From an uncultured Alphaproteobacteria bacterium (GTDB lineage Bacteria > Pseudomonadota > Alphaproteobacteria > Methylaequorales > Methylaequoraceae): 64,000 nucleotides of DNA. The notes under the pieces are model-generated. The model saw only the letters and a list, made by a program, of their open reading frames with translations. It ran no database searches and was not told the origin of the DNA. Position numbers and translations under genes: made by a program. The stretch's first letter is position 1, and every line of letters starts with the position of its first letter. This document shows positions 57,252 through 64,000 of this stretch, in pieces. The stretch covers positions 7,371 to 71,370 of the forward strand of contig CABZMK010000004.1 in assembly GCA_902526865.1 (NCBI GenBank), written 5' to 3'.

Positions 57252-57884
57252 ATGATTGAAAAGCACTTTGAAGAAGCTAAATTATGGCAAATTAAATATA
57301 GTCAAAAAGACTATAACCCAAAATTAATTTTTAATGATTCAAAATCTAAAAAAGATATTCTTTTTTCACTTAGTTTTTTTTTGGTAATGATGGCAATAGA
57401 GATTTTATTTAATCAACCTTACAAAAAAAAAATAAAGCTATTACATAACAACATTTATAAAAAAATTTTTTCAAAAAGATTTGAAAAATTAGAAAGAATT
57501 GAAGTTAATTCTTTCGCTTTTAGTTTTTTTTTAATTCTTCAAAAATTATTTGAAGAAGAAGAAAGATTTAAATCCTACTCTCATGATCTCATCAAAAATT
57601 CTATTAATCACTGGTCATGTATTGAAAAAGTTGAGAGAAATTTCTTAACCCGGTATCAATTAGTAAATAAACTATGGAATAAAAATAACAAATTGGTTTT
57701 GTCACGAAGCTATGATTCTAGAATCGACTTAATTTTTCTGTTATATAAAAGTTTTGAATTAGGGATAAGTAATAAAACTATAATTAAAAAAAATCTTTCG
57801 GTATTAATTTTTTCAGTTAGTAAAGCCCAGAAAGATTTTAGATATGATGTTTTACAGGAAATAAAAAAAAAAAAAATTTTCTGA
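57252..57884 (+). CDS. Hypothetical protein
   Basis: 210-aa ORF. No motif recognised. Called as coding only from its length in a stop-rich AT genome. Confidence 0.3.
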   Translation: MIEKHFEEAKLWQIKYSQKDYNPKLIFNDSKSKKDILFSLSFFLVMMAIEILFNQPYKKKIKLLHNNIYKKIFSKRFEKLERIEVNSFAFSFFLILQKLFEEEERFKSYSHDLIKNSINHWSCIEKVERNFLTRYQLVNKLWNKNNKLVLSRSYDSRIDLIFLLYKSFELGISNKTIIKKNLSVLIFSVSKAQKDFRYDVLQEIKKKKIF

Positions 57885-58051
57885 ATTTATTTTCATTTAT
57901 CTATACTTGCACAAATGAAAAGCATTTTTTATTAATATTCTAATTTTTAATTTAACTTTTGTACTAAAGAAAAAATTTAATGAGAATTTTTATAAAAAAT
58001 AACCCTTCTTTTTTTGATAAACTAGTACTATATTCTTTATAGGAGAATAGT

Positions 58052-58186
58052 ATGAATAACAAAAATGAATGCGGATGTGGAAGATCACCCACAGGCTTTT
58101 GCATAGGTTGGCACAACCTTTCAGAAACTGATTATAAAGCCAAACTTGCGATATACGAAGAACGCCAAAAAAATAAAAAACAATAG
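58052..58186 (+). CDS. 44-aa Cys-rich small protein, hypothetical
   Basis: Not in the ORF track. AGGAG lies 6 nt upstream of the ATG. Hand translation: MNNKNECGCGRSPTGFCIGWHNLSETDYKAKLAIYEERQKNKKQ. Confidence 0.35.
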   Translation: MNNKNECGCGRSPTGFCIGWHNLSETDYKAKLAIYEERQKNKKQ

Positions 58187-58191
58187 TTATA

Positions 58192-58932
58192 TTAAAACCT
58201 AAATTTTTTTAAATGCTTCCATAGCCTTTTCAAACCTGTAGGAGCATTGGTTTTCCTTCGGTTAGGCCACTTTCTAGTTGGATCAAATATGGTTTGATCC
58301 AAACCAATATCTTCGACGGCGTATTTTTCTAAAATTACTGTGTAGTAACCAAGCTTCTTGTATGTAACACCGATATCCAGCTCATTCTTATATTTTTCAT
58401 ATCCTCCAATTAATTTGTAGTCTTTCATTCTTTTAACTCCAGGTCTAAATGAGAAGTATCCCCATTCCCAGCCCTCCTTACAATATACTTCTCTAAATTC
58501 AACTCCCTTATGTTTTTTTAGAGGTCCGTAACTAAAAATATCAAGCCTACTTGCACTTTTTAGACTTTCAAGCCACACTTGGATTATCTTGGGGTCATAG
58601 TCTAAAACCTTTAGTGAATCTTGAATAAAATTTTTTCTTTTATAAACCCAATCATCCTCACAATGGAAAATATACGGTGTCTTAATTAACTTATAAGCGT
58701 CAACAATTGATTTTATCTGACCTTTTTTCTTTTGATTGAAAAGAATGTTAAGCTTTTTACCCCATTTTTTGTTAATTTGCTTGTATACATCTTGATCTGC
58801 AGAATCTTCAGTTAAATAAAGTTCTTCTAATGGAAAGTTATTAAATTTGAAAAAACTCTCTAGACTTCTATCTAATAGATTTAGCCTTCCACAACTTGTA
58901 AGTAAAAAAGACATTTTGTCATTGATAGTCAT
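58192..58932 (-). CDS. Hypothetical protein, possibly GT-A-fold glycosyltransferase-like
   Basis: 246-aa ORF. N-terminal SFLLTSCGRLNLLDRSLESF and TEDSAD resemble GT2-type nucleotide-sugar binding motifs. The match is weak. Confidence 0.3.
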   Translation of the reverse strand: MTINDKMSFLLTSCGRLNLLDRSLESFFKFNNFPLEELYLTEDSADQDVYKQINKKWGKKLNILFNQKKKGQIKSIVDAYKLIKTPYIFHCEDDWVYKRKNFIQDSLKVLDYDPKIIQVWLESLKSASRLDIFSYGPLKKHKGVEFREVYCKEGWEWGYFSFRPGVKRMKDYKLIGGYEKYKNELDIGVTYKKLGYYTVILEKYAVEDIGLDQTIFDPTRKWPNRRKTNAPTGLKRLWKHLKKFRF

Positions 58933-58983
58933 CTGAGCTTAAGAGGTTTTATTTTTTAAGTTAAAATAAACATTTTAGCATTT

Positions 58984-60429
58984 TCAAAAGGGAAGTTTTG
59001 TAGATCCCATCAAAAATTTGTCAACATTATGAGCTACTTGTCTTCCTTCTTTTATTGCCCAAACAACCAAAGATTGCCCTCTTCTCATGTCTCCAGAAAC
59101 AAAAACCTTTTTTATATTTGTTTTATAATCAATATCATTTGCTTCAACATTGCCTCTCTTATCAAGTTTAATTCCTGAATCTTTTATTAATTTGTCTTTA
59201 ATAGGATGAACAAAACCCATAGCTAGTAAAACTAAATCAGCTTTCAACTCAACTTCAGATTCTTTCGCTTGACTGTCAGTAATAACAATTTGTCCTTCCT
59301 CATTTTTTTCCCATTCAACTTTTTTCAAGGTTAAACTCTCTACTTTTTTATGACCATTGAAAAGCTTTGTTGAAACACTCCAATTCCTATTTGCGCCTTC
59401 TTCATGTGATGATGAAGTTCTTAACTTTAGAGGCCAGTTTGGCCAGGTTAACATCTTGTTTTCTTTAGCTGGAGGTTTTTCTAAAATCTCAAGTTGGGTT
59501 ACTGATTTTGCACCTTGACGATTTGATGTTCCAATGCAGTCCGAGCCGGTGTCACCTCCACCTATAACAATAACGTCTTTGTTCTTAGCTGAGAACTCTG
59601 GTTCTGTTTTAATTTTGTCTCCTTCACAAATTTTATTTTGACGAATGAGAAAGTCCATTGCAAAGTGGATTCCTTTTAGATCTCTTCCAGGAATTTTCAA
59701 GTCTCTTGGTTGTTCAGAACCACAAGCCAAAACTATAGCATCAAAATCTTTGAGTAATCTATTCATAGATATATCCTCTCCTATTTTGACATTACATTCG
59801 AATGAAACTCCTTCAAGCTTCATCTGCTCAATTCTTTTATCGATAAGATGTTTTTCCATTTTAAAATTAGGAATTCCATATCTTAGTAACCCACCTATTC
59901 TATCATTTTTTTCAAATAATTTTACGTCATGTCCAGCCCTTGCAAGCTGTTGTGAACAAGCAAGACCAGCTGGGCCAGAACCAATAACTGCAATTTTTTT
60001 ATTAGTTTTTTTATTATTAATCACTGGAAGTAACCATCCATTTTCGTAAGCTTTATCAATGATGGATCTTTCAATACTTTTAATTGTTACAGGACTGTCA
60101 TCTATGTTGAGTGTGCATGCTGCCTCACAAGGGGCAGGACATATTCTACTTGTAAATTCTGGAAAATTGTTAGTTGAATGAAGAACTTCTAGGGCTATTC
60201 TCCAATCCTTTTCATAAACAAGATTATTCCATTCTGGAATAATGTTGTTTATTGGACAAGAGTCATGGCAGTAAGGAATTCCGCAATCCATACAACGAGA
60301 CGCTTGCTCATTTAATGTTTTTTCTGGAAATGGAAGTACAAATTCATCGAAATTTCTCAAGCGAGATTTTGGAGCTATTGATTTACTTTCAGCTCTATCG
60401 TGTTCTAGAAATCCTGTTACTTTTGCCAT
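58984..60429 (-). CDS. gltD: Glutamate synthase (NADPH) small subunit
   Basis: 481-aa ORF. CMDCGIPYCH and CPAPCEAAC Fe-S cysteine clusters, and VIGSGPAGLACSQQLARAGH. Confidence 0.9.
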   Translation of the reverse strand: MAKVTGFLEHDRAESKSIAPKSRLRNFDEFVLPFPEKTLNEQASRCMDCGIPYCHDSCPINNIIPEWNNLVYEKDWRIALEVLHSTNNFPEFTSRICPAPCEAACTLNIDDSPVTIKSIERSIIDKAYENGWLLPVINNKKTNKKIAVIGSGPAGLACSQQLARAGHDVKLFEKNDRIGGLLRYGIPNFKMEKHLIDKRIEQMKLEGVSFECNVKIGEDISMNRLLKDFDAIVLACGSEQPRDLKIPGRDLKGIHFAMDFLIRQNKICEGDKIKTEPEFSAKNKDVIVIGGGDTGSDCIGTSNRQGAKSVTQLEILEKPPAKENKMLTWPNWPLKLRTSSSHEEGANRNWSVSTKLFNGHKKVESLTLKKVEWEKNEEGQIVITDSQAKESEVELKADLVLLAMGFVHPIKDKLIKDSGIKLDKRGNVEANDIDYKTNIKKVFVSGDMRRGQSLVVWAIKEGRQVAHNVDKFLMGSTKLPF

Positions 60430-63400
60430 AAATTTATAACCTTGGAATCCGTTTCTTTACTAATTCTCTCTAATAAAACATTCTCAAAATCTATAGGAAG
60501 GATCTTTACGAAATTCTGGAGTTCGTTTTCAAAATTATCTAGTATTGCTTCTGCAACCGATGAGCCAGTATAATTAAGATGTTTTTTTAGCATTTCTTTT
60601 ATCCTCAATTCATCATTAAATAGAAAATTATACTTGTCAAAAAGTTTTTCAGGTAAAATGTGTTTGCTTTTCTTGACGCCTAAAACGTTTACCATAGACA
60701 TGTTACATTTATTTTTAAAATCTTTCTCTTTTTGATAAATATAGGCGATGCCACCGCTCATACCAGCACCAAAGTTTACACCTGTATTTCCAAGAACCAT
60801 AATTACACCACCTGTCATGTATTCACAGCAATGATCACCGGTCCCCTCAACAACGGCTATAGCTCCAGAATTTCGAACTGCAAACCTTTCACCAGCCATT
60901 CCTGAAAAATAACATTCTCCTGAAATTGCTCCGTACAAAACTGTATTACCAACTATAATGTTCTTTTCTGGTTTATAGATTGAGTCTTTGAATGGTCTGA
61001 TGATTATTTTGCCGCCAGAAAGACCTTTGCCAACGTAATCGTTTCCTTCACCAGATAAGGAAATCGTAATACCTGAAGATAAAAACGTTCCTAAACTTTG
61101 TCCTGCAGTTCCTTCAAGATTAATAACTATTGAATCTTCCCTGAGTCCTTTGTGACCGAATTTTTTAGCAATAACACCAGAGAGCATGGCACCAAGACTT
61201 CTGTCGGTATTCTTCACAAACTTATTTATGGTAAGAGTTGAAACCTTTTTTTCAATTACTGGACTACTTTCTTTTATAATTTTTACGTCTAACACTTCAT
61301 CTAGATTGTGATTCTGCTCTGATGAATTAAACACTTCATCTCTACTCTCGAATTCTGGTTTGTATAAAATTTTGGATAGATCAATATTCTTAGCTTTCCA
61401 ATGCTCAATAGCTTTATTTTTAGTCATTAGCTCTGACCTACCAATAAGATCCTCGAATTTTTCAATTCCTAGTTCAGACATAATTTCTCTTACCTCTTCT
61501 GCAACGAGGAAAAAATAGTTTATGACATGCTCTGGTGTACCTTGAAATTTCTTCCTTAATAATTCGTTTTGAGTTGCTATGCCTACAGGACATGTATTCA
61601 AGTGACATTTCCGCATCATTATACATCCTACTGAAACTAGAGGAGCAGTAGAAAATCCAAACTCGTCAGCGCCAAGCAATGCACCAACAACAACATCCCT
61701 ACCTGTTTTCAAACCGCCATCAACTTGAAGAGAAATTCTGTTTCTTAATTTATTCATTACCAAGGTCTGATGCGTTTCTGCCAAACCAAGTTCCCATGGG
61801 GTACCGGCGTTTTTAATTGATGTGAGAGGAGACGCGCCAGTTCCTCCGTCATATCCAGCGATTGTTATGTGGTCAGCTTTACACTTAGTAACTCCAGCAG
61901 CAACAACTCCAACTCCAAATTCAGACACTAACTTTACGCTAATTCTAGCTTGTTGATTAACATTTTTAAGGTCGTAAATTAACTGTGCTAAGTCCTCTAT
62001 GGAATATATGTCATGGTGGGGTGGTGGGGAGATCAAACCAACGCCAGGTGTTGAGTGCCTCACGCTTGCTATCTTCTCATCTACTTTATGACCTGGAAGT
62101 TGTCCGCCTTCACCTGGCTTTGCTCCCTGGCTAATTTTTATCTGGATATCTTTAGCATTTACTAAATATTCAGTCGTAACTCCAAATCTTCCTGAAGCTA
62201 CCTGCTTGATAGCACTTTTCATTGAATCACCATTTTTTAGTGTTACAAATCGTTCTGGTTCCTCGCCACCCTCACCAGTATTAGATTTACCACCAATTCT
62301 ATTCATTGCTAATGCCAGGGTAGTATGGGCTTCTCGTGAAATTGATCCATATGACATTGCGCCTGTAGAAAATCTTTTAACAATCTCGGACGCTGGTTCA
62401 ACATTTTTTAATGGGATTGGACGGCTTTTTTCAAACTCAAACAGGCTTCTGATTGTAAACATAGATTTATTGTGATCATTAATTTTTTCAGAGAACTCTT
62501 TGAATGATTCTTTAGAATTTATTCTTACTGCTTTTTGAAGATTAGTAATAGTTTTTGGTGACCAAGCATGTTTTTCTCCTCTTATTCTAAAAGCATATTC
62601 GCCTCCTACATCTAAGTTAGTAGTTTCTTTATTTATTAGAGATGATTTTGAGTATCTGCTTATTGTTTCTTCTTTTATTTGTCGAAGAGTCAAACCTCCA
62701 ATTAAAGTGGAAGTACCTGGAAAATATTTATCAATCACGTCCTCTGAAATTCCAACAGCGTCGAAAATTTGAGCACCACAATATGACTTAAGAGTGGATA
62801 TTCCCATTTTTGACATTATTTTTTGAATCGCTTTACCAGAAGCTTTTATAAAATTGTTCTCAGAAACAGTGTAGTTTTTATCCCCTACCAAGTTGTGTAT
62901 CGTATCAAAAACTAAGTAAGGGTTAATGGCCTCAGCTCCGTATCCAAATAAAACGGCGAAGTGATGAAGTTCTCTAGCTTCTCCGGTTTCAATTACCAAA
63001 CTTGTCTTCATTCGCAACCCTTCTTTTATTAAGTAATGATGAATTGCAGAAACGGCTAATAAAGAAGGAACTGGAGCATTGACCTTGGAAACATTTCTAT
63101 CGGAAAGAATTAAAATATTTGACCCATCTAGAATTTGTGATTTGGCTTCAAAACAGATTCTCTCAAGTGCATCTCTCAATTCAATTTCTTTGGTTGAGTT
63201 TTTAAAAAGAATTTCAATGACGGAAGCTTTAAGTTTTCCTTTAGTGTTATTTTCGATATTCTTGATTTTAGAAATTTCTTTGTTGGTTAAAATGGGTTGG
63301 TCTAACTCTAGTCTTGCATTTGTATTCTGCTCTGGTGAATCAAAAATATTTGGTTTTTCTCCAAGTGTCATATCAAGAGACATAACAAGTTCTTCTCTAA

Positions 63401-64000
63401 TAGGGTCGATTGGTGGGTTAGTGACTTGTGCAAAACATTGTTTAAAGTAAGAAAAGAGAAGCTTTGGTTTGTCTGAAAGAAGTGATATTGGCGTATCTGT
63501 ACCCATCGAACCTATTGGTTCAATACCGAGTTTTAGGATAGGCTCTATAAAGAAATTGATGTCCTCCTTGGTATAACCAAAGCAAACTTGCATCTTTTTT
63601 AAGGCATCTTCTTCTAATAATGTGGTTTCATCTACAGTTTCCAGATCATCTAGAAAAATCTGTGATTTATCCAGTGACTTTCTGTAGTCATGTTTAGCTG
63701 ATAATCTAGATTTTATCTCTTCGTTATCAATAACTCTTTTTTCAATTAAGTCTATTAAAAAGATCTTTCCAGGTTCAAGTCTCCACCTTTTTACAACTTT
63801 TTTAGGGTCAATATCTAATACACCCATTTCAGAAGAAAGAAGAATCATACCATCATCAGTTTGAACGTATCTTGACGGTCTTAAACCGTTTCTATCAAGA
63901 ATAGCCCCAATTTTTTTCCCATTGGTAAAACACATAGCTGCCGGTCCGTCCCACGGCTCTATATAATTAGAATAATATTCGTAATAGTCTTTCATAGAAG
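60417..64000 (-). CDS. gltB: Glutamate synthase large subunit, partial; the N-terminus lies beyond the window
   Basis: Open frame of over 1192 aa reaching the window edge. It includes the central domain, the FMN domain (GEGGEEPERF, ISPPPHHDIYSIEDL) and the C-terminal GXGXG beta-helix domain. Overlaps gltD by 13 nt. Confidence 0.95.
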   Translation of the reverse strand, partial: SMKDYYEYYSNYIEPWDGPAAMCFTNGKKIGAILDRNGLRPSRYVQTDDGMILLSSEMGVLDIDPKKVVKRWRLEPGKIFLIDLIEKRVIDNEEIKSRLSAKHDYRKSLDKSQIFLDDLETVDETTLLEEDALKKMQVCFGYTKEDINFFIEPILKLGIEPIGSMGTDTPISLLSDKPKLLFSYFKQCFAQVTNPPIDPIREELVMSLDMTLGEKPNIFDSPEQNTNARLELDQPILTNKEISKIKNIENNTKGKLKASVIEILFKNSTKEIELRDALERICFEAKSQILDGSNILILSDRNVSKVNAPVPSLLAVSAIHHYLIKEGLRMKTSLVIETGEARELHHFAVLFGYGAEAINPYLVFDTIHNLVGDKNYTVSENNFIKASGKAIQKIMSKMGISTLKSYCGAQIFDAVGISEDVIDKYFPGTSTLIGGLTLRQIKEETISRYSKSSLINKETTNLDVGGEYAFRIRGEKHAWSPKTITNLQKAVRINSKESFKEFSEKINDHNKSMFTIRSLFEFEKSRPIPLKNVEPASEIVKRFSTGAMSYGSISREAHTTLALAMNRIGGKSNTGEGGEEPERFVTLKNGDSMKSAIKQVASGRFGVTTEYLVNAKDIQIKISQGAKPGEGGQLPGHKVDEKIASVRHSTPGVGLISPPPHHDIYSIEDLAQLIYDLKNVNQQARISVKLVSEFGVGVVAAGVTKCKADHITIAGYDGGTGASPLTSIKNAGTPWELGLAETHQTLVMNKLRNRISLQVDGGLKTGRDVVVGALLGADEFGFSTAPLVSVGCIMMRKCHLNTCPVGIATQNELLRKKFQGTPEHVINYFFLVAEEVREIMSELGIEKFEDLIGRSELMTKNKAIEHWKAKNIDLSKILYKPEFESRDEVFNSSEQNHNLDEVLDVKIIKESSPVIEKKVSTLTINKFVKNTDRSLGAMLSGVIAKKFGHKGLREDSIVINLEGTAGQSLGTFLSSGITISLSGEGNDYVGKGLSGGKIIIRPFKDSIYKPEKNIIVGNTVLYGAISGECYFSGMAGERFAVRNSGAIAVVEGTGDHCCEYMTGGVIMVLGNTGVNFGAGMSGGIAYIYQKEKDFKNKCNMSMVNVLGVKKSKHILPEKLFDKYNFLFNDELRIKEMLKKHLNYTGSSVAEAILDNFENELQNFVKILPIDFENVLLERISKETDSKVINLWQK

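Overview
This is a very AT-rich, tightly packed segment. It looks like a streamlined marine alphaproteobacterium (Pelagibacterales/SAR11-like), but that call is inferred only from composition and gene content.

Layout:
- (1) 1-9.8 kb, core metabolism: etfA/etfB, a PduO-type cobalamin adenosyltransferase and an ethylmalonyl-CoA-pathway trio (mcd-like acyl-CoA dehydrogenase, ccr, B12-dependent ecm-like mutase). These are followed by a Nudix-like gene, an esterase, an HNH protein and coq7.
- (2) 9.9-48.9 kb, a surface-glycan hypervariable region. It holds many SAM methyltransferases, two tandem GT-C-like membrane proteins plus a GtrB-like GT2, and a carbamoyltransferase/SxtJ/SxtK-like triad. It also holds an MBOAT O-acylation set, an AsnB-like amidotransferase, GDP-fucose genes (manC-fcl-gmd) and an acetamidino-sugar amidotransferase trio.
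- (3) 48.9-64 kb, core genes again: ybbA/ybbP-like ABC transporter, tesA-like esterase, hydrolases, an SDR and gltD/gltB.

Main findings:
- (a) One intact tRNA-Leu(CAA) at 30370-30456 is accompanied by eight same-strand derivatives. One is a full-length decayed copy upstream. Seven are 3'-partial copies downstream, with identity from 60/60 down to 40/60 by hand count. They cut about 18 kb into small cargo modules. No integrase is visible in the window.
- (b) The largest module carries a translationally coupled operon (38627-44647). Its enzyme set and order match the Campylobacter jejuni O-methyl-phosphoramidate (MeOPN) donor pathway: glutamine-kinase-like PEP-utilising enzyme, C26 amidohydrolase, cytidylyltransferase, CysC-like kinase and a SAM methyltransferase. 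It is headed by a sulfotransferase-fold protein, which I propose may be the transferase for the PAPS-like donor.

Several homopolymer-associated frame breaks (G10, T5, A9) are also flagged. All identities and coordinates were counted by hand from the sequence. No database search was run.
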